A DNA stretch of 64,000 nt from an uncultured Bacteroidota bacterium (lineage in GTDB: Bacteria > Bacteroidota > Bacteroidia > Flavobacteriales > Flavobacteriaceae): contig CACGZJ010000003.1 in assembly GCA_902577515.1 (NCBI GenBank), positions 32,418 to 96,417 of the forward strand, given 5' to 3'. Made by a program: the position numbers and the translations under genes. The notes under the pieces are model-generated. The model saw only the letters and a program-made list of their open reading frames with translations, was not told the origin of the DNA and did not search any database. Shown here in pieces: positions 11,240 through 21,107 of the stretch; position 1 is the stretch's first letter, and the number at the start of each line of letters is the position of its first letter.

Positions 11240-12253
11240 TTATTTTTTGTTATATGCCCATGTTAAATATGCTGCTCCCCATGTAAGGCCAGCACCAAAT
11301 GCAGCTAACAATAATTTATCCCCTTTTTTTAACTTCTTCTCATAATCATACATTAAAAGAGGTATTGTTGCTGCAGTAGTATTTCCATAGTTTTCTATGT
11401 TCATTAGAACCTTATTTTTATCTAAATTAATCTTTTCTGCGGTAGCATCAATAATTCTTTTATTTGCCTGATGTGGAAGTAAGTATTTTATCTCCTCAGG
11501 TTTTAGCTCATTTCTAATAATAATTTGCTCTGTAGCATTTGCCATCTCAGATACAGCTGATTTAAAGACAGTTTTTCCATCTTGAGATATATAGTGCCAT
11601 TTATTTGCAATTGTCTCCTCTGATATTGGATAAAGAGACCCTCCAGATTTAATATTTAACCACTCTGCACCAACGCCATCAGATCTAAGATATTCATCTT
11701 CCCAGCCATATCCATTTATACTCGGTTCAACTAATACTGCACCTGCTCCATCTCCAAAAAGAATACTAGTTGACCTATCAGTATAATCTACAATTGAAGA
11801 CATCATATCAGCACCTATCAAAAGAATCTTTTTATATCTTCCCGATTCAATATAACTAGAAGCTGAAGACATGCCAAATAGAAATCCAGAACATGCAGCA
11901 CTTAAGTCAAAAGCATAGGCATTTTTTGCTTTAATTACTGAAGCTACAGAAGGAGCCGTTGGAGCGCCATGAAAATCAGGCGTAATAGTTGAAACAATTA
12001 CTAAGTCTATAGTTTCAGGATTTATTTCTTTTTTAGCTATAAGATCCTTTGCAGCACTGATAGCTAAAAATGAGGTACCCTTACCTCTTTCCTTAAGAAT
12101 CCTTCTTTTTTTTATTCCTGTTCTGGCTGTAATCCACTCATCATTGGTGTCAACCATCTTTTCTAAATCTTTATTTGAAATAAAGTCATCTGGAACATAA
12201 CCTCCAACAGCAGTAATGGCGGCTTTTATATTTGTTTTTTTGTTAGGTTGCAT
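11240..12253 (-). CDS. fabH: 3-oxoacyl-ACP synthase III
   Basis: Active-site AACSGF, HQAN and GNTTAA motifs. I prefer the ATG at 12253 (MQPNKK..ITAVGGYVPD) over the track's TTG at 12280. Confidence 0.9.
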   Translation of the reverse strand: MQPNKKTNIKAAITAVGGYVPDDFISNKDLEKMVDTNDEWITARTGIKKRRILKERGKGTSFLAISAAKDLIAKKEINPETIDLVIVSTITPDFHGAPTAPSVASVIKAKNAYAFDLSAACSGFLFGMSSASSYIESGRYKKILLIGADMMSSIVDYTDRSTSILFGDGAGAVLVEPSINGYGWEDEYLRSDGVGAEWLNIKSGGSLYPISEETIANKWHYISQDGKTVFKSAVSEMANATEQIIIRNELKPEEIKYLLPHQANKRIIDATAEKINLDKNKVLMNIENYGNTTAATIPLLMYDYEKKLKKGDKLLLAAFGAGLTWGAAYLTWAYNKK

Positions 12254-12304
12254 ACTAACATCAATTGTATCTATTGACAATTAGATTGATAACTAAGTTA
12301 GTTA

Positions 12305-12496
12305 TTATTCTGATTCTAGTGAATCAACTAAAACTTTTCCTCTGTAATAAAGTTTTCCTTCATGCCAATGTGCTCTGTGGTATAAGTGTGACTCACCTGT
12401 AGCCTTACATATTGAAATTTGCTGTTTCTCAGCTTTAATATGAGTTCTACGTTTATCTCTTCTAGTCTTAGATATTTTACGTTTTGGATGTGCCAT
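12305..12496 (-). CDS. rpmF: 50S ribosomal protein L32
   Basis: 63 aa, beginning [17 protein letters not shown]. Confidence 0.93.
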   Translation of the reverse strand: MAHPKRKISKTRRDKRRTHIKAEKQQISICKATGESHLYHRAHWHEGKLYYRGKVLVDSLESE

Positions 12497-13018
12497 TTAT
12501 AATAAATCTTTTAGTTTATCCCATCTGGGGTCAGTCTTTTCTTTAAAATTTTTTTTAGGTTTTAATTCTTCAAGCTTTTCAATTATTTCAGATTTTAATG
12601 ATCCGTTCTCTATTCCTGGGTGAACTTTTTTCTGAGGAACACCAAGAATAATACTCTCATATATAATGTGTGAAATATCAATGGTATTTGATCCAGTTGG
12701 TAAAAAGACTACTTTATCATCAGATGATATTGTGTCATCTTTAAACTTAACAACTACACTGTAGTCAGTTTCTAGCCTCAATGAAAACATTTCCATTGAA
12801 AGATCACATTGAACTTCAACTACTCCATTAAATGTAAATTTTAAGTTTAGTAAAGTTTGTTTTTTCTCTAACTCAAGAATAGTCTTAATGTTAACGTCAG
12901 CAAAATCATAATAATCAAAATTTTTAAAGAACTTATTTCCTATATCAAAGTCAAATATATGAACACCTTCTTTCAGTCCTGAAAATTTAACCAAATATGG
13001 TGAAAGCGATTTCATCAC
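12497..13018 (-). CDS. DUF177 / YceD-like protein
   Basis: 173 aa, directly abutting rpmF as in the conserved yceD-rpmF arrangement. The start is either the GTG at 13018 or the ATG at 13015. Confidence 0.75.
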   Translation of the reverse strand: MMKSLSPYLVKFSGLKEGVHIFDFDIGNKFFKNFDYYDFADVNIKTILELEKKQTLLNLKFTFNGVVEVQCDLSMEMFSLRLETDYSVVVKFKDDTISSDDKVVFLPTGSNTIDISHIIYESIILGVPQKKVHPGIENGSLKSEIIEKLEELKPKKNFKEKTDPRWDKLKDLL

Positions 13019-13033
13019 TTAACTATTGAGCGG

Positions 13034-13041
13034 CAAATTTA
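13034..13041 (-). promoter_or_regulatory. candidate -7 box TAAATTTG (minus strand)
   Basis: Plus strand reads caaattta. It lies 15 nt upstream of the yceD-like start. Confidence 0.45.
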
Positions 13042-13062
13042 TAAAAATTTATCTATTTAATG

Positions 13063-14067
13063 TCAATCTAAGTTGTTTCTTAATTTAAACACTTGAATAC
13101 CTAATTTTATTGCATTTGTAAATGAGGTATAATCTGCTATTCCTTTTCCTGCTATATCAAAGCCAGTACCATGATCTGGTGATGTTCTTACAATTGGTAA
13201 CCCTGCAGTAAAATTTACTCCTTTTCCAAAAGAAATAGTTTTGAATGGTATTAGCCCTTGATCATGGTATGAAGCGATAATACCATCATATTTTTTATAA
13301 TTCTCATTAGCGAAAAAAGTATCTGCTGAAAATGGACCATACACAGAACTCAAGGATCCCTTAAAGTTATTAACTACAGGTGTAATTATTGATTGGTCTT
13401 CATTGCCTATTACACCATTATCTCCTGAATGAGGATTAACTGCTAAAACAGCAATTTTAGGTTTTTTTATCTGAAAGTCATTTATTAAGCAGGTTTCAAG
13501 TGCTTTGATTTTTTGCTCAACAATATTTTCAGTGATAGCATTTGATACATCTTTTAATGGAATATGCTCAGTTAATAAGGCTATTTTAAGTTCTTTTGAT
13601 ATCATTAACATTAAGGGGTTGGTGCTAAAATAATATTTCAGAAAATCTGTATGACCTTTATATTTAAATGAGTTAGAATAAGATAAATCCTTATTTATAG
13701 GGGCCGTAACCAAAACATCTATCTTGTTACCCTTTATAGCTTTTATAGCTTCTTTCAAAGAAAGAATTCCAAGTTCAGATAATTCTTTATCAGATTCCCC
13801 AAAATTAAATTGAGAGTTAGTGAACACCTCTTTTACATTTATCTTTGTATCCGACAAATCTTCATAACTATCAGTCTTTGTTAATGACGGAGTATCAATT
13901 TGAAAATGTTGTTTTTGTTTTTTAATTAATTCCAGTGAAGAATATATTATAAAATTACATTCCTGAAATAAGCTGAAGTCAGATAGTGATTTCAAGATTA
14001 TTTCAATACCAATACCGTTTGGATCACCAATAGTTATCCCAACATTTATTTTCCTTGATTTTACCAC
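13063..14067 (-). CDS. pdxA: 4-hydroxythreonine-4-phosphate dehydrogenase
   Basis: 334 aa. NPHSGDNG and TSPDHGTGFDIAGKG motifs. GTG start. Confidence 0.9.
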   Translation of the reverse strand: MVKSRKINVGITIGDPNGIGIEIILKSLSDFSLFQECNFIIYSSLELIKKQKQHFQIDTPSLTKTDSYEDLSDTKINVKEVFTNSQFNFGESDKELSELGILSLKEAIKAIKGNKIDVLVTAPINKDLSYSNSFKYKGHTDFLKYYFSTNPLMLMISKELKIALLTEHIPLKDVSNAITENIVEQKIKALETCLINDFQIKKPKIAVLAVNPHSGDNGVIGNEDQSIITPVVNNFKGSLSSVYGPFSADTFFANENYKKYDGIIASYHDQGLIPFKTISFGKGVNFTAGLPIVRTSPDHGTGFDIAGKGIADYTSFTNAIKLGIQVFKLRNNLD

Positions 14068-14113
14068 TCTTTAATTAATTGCTAATTTTACTAATGCAAA
14101 AACAAAGATAATA

Positions 14114-14698
14114 ATGTTCACCGGGATAATTGAATGCATGGCTACCGTAATCAAGGTAGAAAAAAATAAAGGAAATCTGGATATTTCCCTTAAGTCAGAA
14201 ATTACAAATGAACTTAAGATTGATCAAAGCTTATGTCACAATGGTGTCTGTTTAACTGTTGTTGATATAGATGATGATATATACACAGTAAATGTAATTT
14301 CTGAGAGTATTGAGAGGTCAAATTTTGGTGAAATTGTTCCAGGTGATGTTGTTAATATAGAAAGATCAATGTCTGTTAATTCAAGATTTGATGGACATAT
14401 AGTTCAGGGCCATGTTGATGAAGTGGCTATTTGTACTGAAGTTAGCGAAACTGATGGAAGTTGGAAATACGTATTCAAACACTCAAAAAATAACATAACT
14501 GTTGAGAAAGGTTCTATAACTATCAATGGCGTTAGTTTAACTGTTGTTGATTCAACCGAGAATTCTTTTTCTGTTGCAATTATACCTTATACTTATAATA
14601 ATACTAACTTTAATCAAATTAATGTTGGCACTAAGGTTAATCTTGAATTTGATATAATTGGTAAGTATATATCAAAAATGATAAAAAAGTCAGGCTAA
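14114..14698 (+). CDS. ribE: riboflavin synthase alpha chain
   Basis: 194 aa. Begins MFTGIIE and carries the duplicated lumazine-binding half (SLTV..) motif. Confidence 0.92.
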   Translation: MFTGIIECMATVIKVEKNKGNLDISLKSEITNELKIDQSLCHNGVCLTVVDIDDDIYTVNVISESIERSNFGEIVPGDVVNIERSMSVNSRFDGHIVQGHVDEVAICTEVSETDGSWKYVFKHSKNNITVEKGSITINGVSLTVVDSTENSFSVAIIPYTYNNTNFNQINVGTKVNLEFDIIGKYISKMIKKSG

Positions 14699-15648
14699 TG
14701 AAAAATATTCCTCATTTAAACTTAAATGATTTTTTATCTGGTAATTCAAAGACTAAGAATGAGTTTGTTGATCAGCTTGGAAAGGGATTTAGTGAAATAG
14801 GCTTTATTGCAATTAAGGGTCATCTTTTAGATGATAGAACTAAAGATGAATTATATACCGAAGTTAGGAGCTTCTTCAACCTGTCTGATGAGGTTAAATC
14901 AAAGTATATTATTAAAGGGCTTGCAAGTCAAAGAGGTTTCACGCCATTTGGAAAAGAAAGTGCTAAAGGGAAAAATATAGGAGACTTAAAAGAATTTTGG
15001 CATTTCGGCCAATATGTTAAAGACGAACCTAAGTTAAAAGAATTATATCCAGAGAATGTAATAGTTGATGAGCTGGAAAATTTTAATGCTGTGGGGCAAA
15101 AAACTTATGAGCTTCTTGAAGAAACAGGAAAACTGATTCTTAGAGCTATTGCATGTTATTTAAATCTAGAGGAAACATATTTTGATAAACATATATTTAA
15201 TGGAAATTCAATTTTAAGAGCCATTCATTATCCACCTATTACAGAAGAGCCCAAAAATGCAGAAAGAGCAGCAGCTCATGGTGATATAAATCTGATAACA
15301 CTTTTAATGGGTGCTCAAGGAAAAGGTCTGCAGGTATTAGATAAGTCTGGAGATTGGATTGATGCGATTGCTGAGGATGATGAAATTATTGTTAATATTG
15401 GTGATATGCTCTCAAGACACACTAATAATAGGTTGAAGTCTACAATTCATAGGGTTGTTAATCCACCAAAAGCTCTGTGGAGTAGTTCAAGATATTCAAT
15501 CCCGTTTTTTTTACATCCAAGATTAGAGATGCCTCTTAATTGTATTGAGTCATGTATAGATGATAATAATCCAAAAGCATTTGAGGATATTTTAGCAGGA
15601 GATTTTCTACATCAAAGATTAATTGATCTGGGTTTAGTAAAAGACTAG
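14698..15648 (+). CDS. 2-oxoglutarate/Fe(II)-dependent oxygenase (isopenicillin-N-synthase-like family)
   Basis: 316 aa. HxD facial-triad element (HGDIN), a distal HRV, and an RYSIPFF motif. The start overlaps the ribE stop (TAATG). Confidence 0.8.
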   Translation: MKNIPHLNLNDFLSGNSKTKNEFVDQLGKGFSEIGFIAIKGHLLDDRTKDELYTEVRSFFNLSDEVKSKYIIKGLASQRGFTPFGKESAKGKNIGDLKEFWHFGQYVKDEPKLKELYPENVIVDELENFNAVGQKTYELLEETGKLILRAIACYLNLEETYFDKHIFNGNSILRAIHYPPITEEPKNAERAAAHGDINLITLLMGAQGKGLQVLDKSGDWIDAIAEDDEIIVNIGDMLSRHTNNRLKSTIHRVVNPPKALWSSSRYSIPFFLHPRLEMPLNCIESCIDDNNPKAFEDILAGDFLHQRLIDLGLVKD

Positions 15649-16802
15649 TCTAAGTATTGATTATATATAGATCTAGATAACCTAGCTAGAAAAGGAATTC
15701 CTATTTCTTCATACTCATAAACATTATCATTGATTACTTTATTTTTATTTGTATATATAGTAGCTGTTAAAATAAATTCTATGTTGTCCTGGTAATTCTT
15801 AATTAAAGCATTATCCACAGAGGTTCCATATGCCTGTCCAATTTTATTGTAAACTCTAATCCCCCTATTTGAAACAATTTTCTCATCCCCATAAATAAAA
15901 AACTTGTTGTAGGTTTCAAAAAAATTTTCATCTTCTATAAACTTTTCACCTAAATCTTCATAGGTAAATCTACTCATCCAATATCTTAAAAAATCATAGT
16001 CTTCAACTGTTAAATTGAAATTATTATCTCTATCGTATACCTCAGGATAAAAAATACTTTTTATCAGATTATGCATGTCAGTTAAGGATGATCTGTTTTT
16101 TTCAGAAAAATTAAGTGGCTCATTTAACACCTCTCCATCATGAAATCTTTTTTCGCCTTTATATAGACCTTTAGTTTTATCATTAGACCTAATAATAGTT
16201 TGCATATTATTATCTGAGGAAATTATATTATTATCTATATCCAATATCTGCCAATTATTATTAACATGTGGATCTGGATTAAATTTATGATTAAGATATG
16301 TTTTGTCAAATCCTGCTTTTTTCATTTCAAGATTAAAATAATTATATCCAATAAAATCAATAAGAATATTAGAGGCAGAGTTGTCGCTTATTAAAAATAC
16401 ATCAGCTATAAGGTTTTGAAATGAGGTTATACTGTCTTTTACATCTAATAGAGGATCCTTATGCTTAAAGTTCAGATTTATTTTAGATTTAAGTGTAATG
16501 TCTAATCCTTTTGATCTTAAATCATTTATTTTTTTTAGTGCTAGAATAACTATAGGAAGCTTATTGGTGCTTGCTGGATAAAAATATTGATCATCATCTA
16601 ATTGATATTCGAATGTTCTAAACTTTAATTCACCATTATTTTGATCTATTTTGGTAAGCAGAACTTGAATCTCATACTCTTTTTTGTTTTTTGAGACCTC
16701 TTTTAAAAATTTGTCTTTATAAATAGATGATTTTATAGGGTTTGTTTCTATTGAACAAGCTGAAATAACAGCTATTATCAAAAAACAGATTACTTTTTTC
16801 AT
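15645..16802 (-). CDS. class-A beta-lactamase-fold serine hydrolase, lipoprotein
   Basis: 385 aa. Lipobox (..ISAC), SxxK (STNK) and SDN (ISDNSA) motifs. Its stop shares CTAG with the convergent oxygenase gene. Confidence 0.65.
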   Translation of the reverse strand: MKKVICFLIIAVISACSIETNPIKSSIYKDKFLKEVSKNKKEYEIQVLLTKIDQNNGELKFRTFEYQLDDDQYFYPASTNKLPIVILALKKINDLRSKGLDITLKSKINLNFKHKDPLLDVKDSITSFQNLIADVFLISDNSASNILIDFIGYNYFNLEMKKAGFDKTYLNHKFNPDPHVNNNWQILDIDNNIISSDNNMQTIIRSNDKTKGLYKGEKRFHDGEVLNEPLNFSEKNRSSLTDMHNLIKSIFYPEVYDRDNNFNLTVEDYDFLRYWMSRFTYEDLGEKFIEDENFFETYNKFFIYGDEKIVSNRGIRVYNKIGQAYGTSVDNALIKNYQDNIEFILTATIYTNKNKVINDNVYEYEEIGIPFLARLSRSIYNQYLD

Positions 16803-16806
16803 TAAT

Positions 16807-16814
16807 CAAAAATA
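16807..16814 (-). promoter_or_regulatory. -7 box TATTTTTG (minus strand), 4 nt from the ATG
   Basis: Plus strand reads caaaaata. Only 16803-16806 separate it from the start codon at 16802. Confidence 0.6.
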
Positions 16815-16841
16815 AAAAAACCCCTATTTCTAGAGGTTTTT
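16814..16841 (-). terminator. intrinsic terminator for the 16862-17623 gene
   Basis: On the minus-strand RNA this forms a 6-bp stem (one G.U pair) with a 4-nt loop, followed by U7. Confidence 0.55.
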
Positions 16842-16861
16842 AAATTTAAATATATAATAGT

Positions 16862-17623
16862 TTATTCTTCAGGTCGCACAGATATAGCTAACCAAAGAGG
16901 TACGCTCTGTTTATGATCTCTAAGATTATAAATTTCTCTTAATTGTCTACTAATTGGCGCTCCTGAACCAGATGGTTCTCTATCTAATAACCAATTATCC
17001 CAGTCTTCATAAAAATCCACTGTCATATAATCGTAATAAACATCAGATCCTAGGGCATCTAGTCTTTTTAAAAGACCCCAACCAGCCCTATTTCCAAGAC
17101 TATTTACACTGACTAAATTATTTTCAGCTTGCTCATATTTATAACCATCAGTATAGCCAACTTTCATCATATTTATCACTGCTACTTGAGGGACGACAGG
17201 CGTCTCACCTTCATTGCCAGCAAATACAAGACCTTTATTAACTAATAAATGATCATAAACTAAAGTTCTAGCCTTTATATTTTTCTGTTGGAATATTTCA
17301 ATATCCATTTCACTGTAGTCAGGTCTCATTTTTGCGACACCTGCATTTGCATTTAAACTATCAATGCTTTTCGCAACAGTTACAATAAGAAGGTCCCAAT
17401 CAGACTCAGATCCGGTATTTGGTCTATACCAAACATCCCAACCAGTTATGGTTCCTTCATTAGCTCTCATTTGATGAAGATCTTTCCACTTTTCATTTAA
17501 AATAGTCCAATAATCTTCTCCTGGAGTTGTTTTGACAAAGGTCATACTTACGTAATCTCCGTTGCCTTGTGCATTTATATTGCTAACCGCAAAAAATGCA
17601 AGTAATAAAAATAGTTTTCTCAT
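16862..17623 (-). CDS. secreted hypothetical protein
   Basis: I start it at MRKLFLLLAFFAVSNINAQ (ATG 17623), which gives a signal peptide. The longer track ORF overlaps the divergent gene. Confidence 0.6.
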   Translation of the reverse strand: MRKLFLLLAFFAVSNINAQGNGDYVSMTFVKTTPGEDYWTILNEKWKDLHQMRANEGTITGWDVWYRPNTGSESDWDLLIVTVAKSIDSLNANAGVAKMRPDYSEMDIEIFQQKNIKARTLVYDHLLVNKGLVFAGNEGETPVVPQVAVINMMKVGYTDGYKYEQAENNLVSVNSLGNRAGWGLLKRLDALGSDVYYDYMTVDFYEDWDNWLLDREPSGSGAPISRQLREIYNLRDHKQSVPLWLAISVRPEE

Positions 17624-17702
17624 AATTAATTTATTGATTTTAGTTAATTTGAACAATCTAAATTTAAGTAAAAAAATAATTACTTTTATTAATACTATTA
17701 CT

Positions 17703-18677
17703 ATGAAAAGAAGAACCATAATTAAAACACTTGCTTCTGCATCATTTGGTGGTCCTATTTTAGCTCATACAAAATTTGAGAATTCACAAAATAGATTCCT
17801 GAATAAAATAAAACATAATCCAATTGGTGTGTCAACATATTCTTTCTGGCAATTTAATGGAAGAGAGACTCCAATAGATTATTGTATAGATAAAGCTGCT
17901 GAATTTGGTTTTGATGGGGTTGAATTATTGTTGATTCAAATGGAATCGGAGGAAAACAGTTATTTGCAAAAGATAAAAAAAAGAGCCTTTGACTCAGGAC
18001 TAGATTTAATGGGCCTGTCAACTCATCAAAGCTTCGTTAGTCCAAATCCTCAAAAAAGAAAAGAGAATATTGACCTAACTAAGCATCAAATAGAAATAGC
18101 CCATTCACTCGGCATCCCAACCATTAGGATAAATACAGGTAGATGGGGAACTACTAAGCCAACAGATAATAAATCTGAATTCGATGTTTTGATGGATAAT
18201 AAAGGTGTTGAATCTGTAATAGACGGATATACTGAAGATGAAGGATTTAAATGGGTGATTGATTCGATTGCTGAATGTGTTCCTACAGCGGAAAAGAACG
18301 GAGTTGTTTTAGGTCTAGAAAATCATTGGGGGTTAGGCCTTACATCTAAAGGGGTTATGAAAATTGTAAATGCAATAAATTCACCTTGGCTTAGTGTAAC
18401 TTTAGATACTGGTAATTTTTTTGACAATAGAGAGGAGCAGATAAAAGACCTAGCACCTCACACTTGTTTGATTCAGGCAAAAACATATTTTGGAGGTGCT
18501 AAGTGGCCTGCATTTAATGAAATAAATATTGACTATGCTTCAATTGGTAAGCTAATGAGGGAGAACGATTATAGAGGATATATTTCTCTTGAGTTTGAGG
18601 GAAATGAAGATGCTAATACTGCAGTCCCAAAAAGTTTAAAATTATTGAGAGATTCTTTTTACTATAACCTTGACTAG
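17703..18677 (+). CDS. Tat-exported sugar-phosphate isomerase/epimerase (xylose-isomerase-like TIM barrel)
   Basis: I start it at MKRRTIIKTLAS.., which gives a twin-arginine signal. It has TIM-barrel motifs (GFDGVEL, LENHWG, ISLEFEG). Confidence 0.75.
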   Translation: MKRRTIIKTLASASFGGPILAHTKFENSQNRFLNKIKHNPIGVSTYSFWQFNGRETPIDYCIDKAAEFGFDGVELLLIQMESEENSYLQKIKKRAFDSGLDLMGLSTHQSFVSPNPQKRKENIDLTKHQIEIAHSLGIPTIRINTGRWGTTKPTDNKSEFDVLMDNKGVESVIDGYTEDEGFKWVIDSIAECVPTAEKNGVVLGLENHWGLGLTSKGVMKIVNAINSPWLSVTLDTGNFFDNREEQIKDLAPHTCLIQAKTYFGGAKWPAFNEINIDYASIGKLMRENDYRGYISLEFEGNEDANTAVPKSLKLLRDSFYYNLD

Positions 18678-19879
18678 TATTTTAATAGGTATAACTCTCC
18701 CGAACATGAACCAATTACAATATGTTTTTTCCAATATGCTATTGAGCATGCCAAAAAATCAGTACTAATTATTTGTTTTAAATCATTTGGATCGTTGTTT
18801 TCAAAAGTATATATACTAGATATATTTTCCTTTTCTAAAAGCACTACTGATTTTTTTTTACCAATACCTGCAAGTCCTATTACATTATTATTCCTCCAAT
18901 TCGATAAGTCTGTAATAACTTTATTTGATATTAAAAAAGTTTTTTTTGTTTCTACAGAAAAGTCTGATACCGCTAGTCCTGACGAATTTCCAAGATAAAA
19001 AGTCTTCCAAATCAATTCATTTTTTAGAATTGAAGAATTATCAGATATTGTAAAATTTTTATGGATAATTTTATTTACAGGAATTATTGATGAATTATAT
19101 GGCTTTGGATTTATGTAGCCAAAAACAAATAATTTGTCTTCCGAAGATAATAAAGCTCTAAATCTAGTGTCTCCATAATTTGCTATATCAAATGTATTCC
19201 TGTAAAATGTTCTAAAGTTTTCTCCCCCGTCATTACTCTCCCAAATATATCTATATACGAAGCCTGAGTCCCATTCTTCTCTATTGTTTGCTCCAGAACC
19301 TACAGCAAAAATTCTATCGTTAAACATGTCAATGTCAATTACATGCTCTCCTCCTAAAATGTTTCTGGTTTTTTTAAATACAAATTCTCCATCTAGTCTT
19401 TGGAGTTTAAAAACATTTCCCTGGATTAATTTTTTTTCTCTAGGAAGAGATTGAGTATAAAGCTCATCTTGAGTATTAGAATCATACCCTGGTTGCCATA
19501 AGTTATTATCAAACTGCGCAAATTTTATTATTTTTTCTTCACCAGTATCATATTTAGAACGTTGAGCTGCACCTTGGCCATCTCCAATTACTCTAATTTT
19601 ATCTGGTTTTTTTTGGTCAAGTGATTTTAAAATTCGGAACTCTATCGGAAATTCTGATCCAACATTTACTGAAGCATCCCCGTAACCAATAAATAATATA
19701 TCTTCAAATACTTCTAATGACGAGATCCCTTTTTCAAAATCAGTAAATATTGGTGTTGCAGATTCTATATAATCCTCTATTGGATTACCCCAAAATATTA
19801 AATCAGTATTATCAAATTTTGGATGAGTGCAGGAAAAAGTAAAAAAAAGAAATACTAGGTAAAGGTTTTTCGCTTTCAT
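18674..19879 (-). CDS. hypothetical lipoprotein, probable beta-propeller
   Basis: I start it at MKAKNLYLVFLFFTFSC, which gives a lipobox. It has one Asp-box-like SNDGGENF. The function is unknown. Confidence 0.55.
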   Translation of the reverse strand: MKAKNLYLVFLFFTFSCTHPKFDNTDLIFWGNPIEDYIESATPIFTDFEKGISSLEVFEDILFIGYGDASVNVGSEFPIEFRILKSLDQKKPDKIRVIGDGQGAAQRSKYDTGEEKIIKFAQFDNNLWQPGYDSNTQDELYTQSLPREKKLIQGNVFKLQRLDGEFVFKKTRNILGGEHVIDIDMFNDRIFAVGSGANNREEWDSGFVYRYIWESNDGGENFRTFYRNTFDIANYGDTRFRALLSSEDKLFVFGYINPKPYNSSIIPVNKIIHKNFTISDNSSILKNELIWKTFYLGNSSGLAVSDFSVETKKTFLISNKVITDLSNWRNNNVIGLAGIGKKKSVVLLEKENISSIYTFENNDPNDLKQIISTDFLACSIAYWKKHIVIGSCSGELYLLKY

Positions 19880-19900
19880 GTATCTAATATATATTTTTTT

Positions 19901-19908
19901 TAAATTTG
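19901..19908 (+). promoter_or_regulatory. -7 box TAAATTTG
   Basis: The track's TTG start at 19906 is the TTG of this box. The ATG at 19924 follows 15 nt later. Confidence 0.5.
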
Positions 19909-19923
19909 AATAAAACCATTTTG

Positions 19924-20628
19924 ATGCAAGAAAGTCCAATCCCAATTTACGTAGTAGAATTTATGAGTCAAGAGTGGATTACTTGGTCTTTATTTTCCTT
20001 AATATTTATCTCTACTCCCTTAATTCTTGCAAGATTTCTTAACAAAAGTCAAAAGAGGATGATTTCCTACATCATGGGGGTTCTTTTAATTATTGACTTT
20101 TTTGCTGAAAATATTGGATATATTGCTTCAGGTACTTGGGATTTAGAATATAATTTACCAATCCAGCTATGTGGAATTTCCTCTTTAATTTGTTGTGTTT
20201 TACCTTTTATAAAAAAGAAAGAAAAACTTTTTGAATTTGTATATTACACAGGTATTATAGGTGGTGTTATGGCTATTCTTACACCTCAGATGAATTACTT
20301 TGATGGAACTATTAGATATTTTCTTAACTACTATGTTTCTCATAGTCTAATTATAGCATTACCGATTTTTATGTTTCTTCATTTAGACATGAAACTTCCT
20401 AGGCTATCATGGTTTAAACTTTGGATTAATCTTAATATTTTAATGGCTATAATTATGCCTATAAACTTCTTATTGGGCTCGAACTATATGTATGTTAATA
20501 CACCCCCACAGGTAGATAATCCTTTAGTAATTGGTGAATGGCCATATTACATTCTTTTATGGGAAGTTTTTATTCTTATAATAGCTTACATGACATATTC
20601 AATAAGTAGAAGGAAACTAATTCTGTGA
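19924..20628 (+). CDS. polytopic membrane protein (YwaF/TIGR02206-like)
   Basis: About 7 hydrophobic segments and a NLPIQLCG motif typical of that family. I moved the start to the ATG downstream of the -7 box. Confidence 0.6.
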   Translation: MQESPIPIYVVEFMSQEWITWSLFSLIFISTPLILARFLNKSQKRMISYIMGVLLIIDFFAENIGYIASGTWDLEYNLPIQLCGISSLICCVLPFIKKKEKLFEFVYYTGIIGGVMAILTPQMNYFDGTIRYFLNYYVSHSLIIALPIFMFLHLDMKLPRLSWFKLWINLNILMAIIMPINFLLGSNYMYVNTPPQVDNPLVIGEWPYYILLWEVFILIIAYMTYSISRRKLIL

Positions 20629-21107
20629 AACTACTTTTAACAATTTTTCTTGTTTTTTCTATTCCTGAAAATGATTGCTCAACTTTCTACTTAATTAGAC
20701 ATGCTGAAAAAGTAAGAACAAATAAATCTGATAGTGATCCTGCTTTAAATGAAAAAGGAATCATTAGGGCCATGAATTGGAAAGAATATTTTATAGATAA
20801 AGACATTTCAAAAATATATTCAACAAATTATAAGAGAACTATTGAAACCGTTAAACCAATTCAAGAAGCAACAGGTTTAGCTACAATTTTATACTCTCCT
20901 TCCAGTATTGATTATAAGGATTTTATTTCATCAAATAAAGGTGAGATAGTACTTATTGTTGGGCATAGCAATACAATTCCAAACTTTGTTAACGAATTAA
21001 TTAATGATCAGGTATACGCTCAGATAGACGATTTAAATAACTCTAATTTGTATATTGTTAGCCTATGTGACTCTAGTATATCACACAGGTTAATTAAAGT
21101 AAATTAA
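20625..21107 (+). CDS. histidine phosphatase family protein with a signal peptide
   Basis: 160 aa. RHAEK catalytic motif and a downstream GHSNT. The GTG start overlaps the upstream stop. Confidence 0.7.
   Translation: MKLLLTIFLVFSIPENDCSTFYLIRHAEKVRTNKSDSDPALNEKGIIRAMNWKEYFIDKDISKIYSTNYKRTIETVKPIQEATGLATILYSPSSIDYKDFISSNKGEIVLIVGHSNTIPNFVNELINDQVYAQIDDLNNSNLYIVSLCDSSISHRLIKVN

Noticed and set aside
14068-14113. An FMN riboswitch upstream of ribE
   Set aside because: The gap is only 46 bp, which is far too short for an RFN element, and it shows none of the conserved stems.
16862-18677. The overlapping long ORFs 16862-17719 (-) and 17562-18677 (+) as a genuine overlapping gene pair
   Set aside because: Internal ATGs give a Sec signal peptide (17623) and a twin-arginine signal (17703). 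Using them leaves a normal 79-bp divergent spacer. The extensions encode low-complexity sequence.
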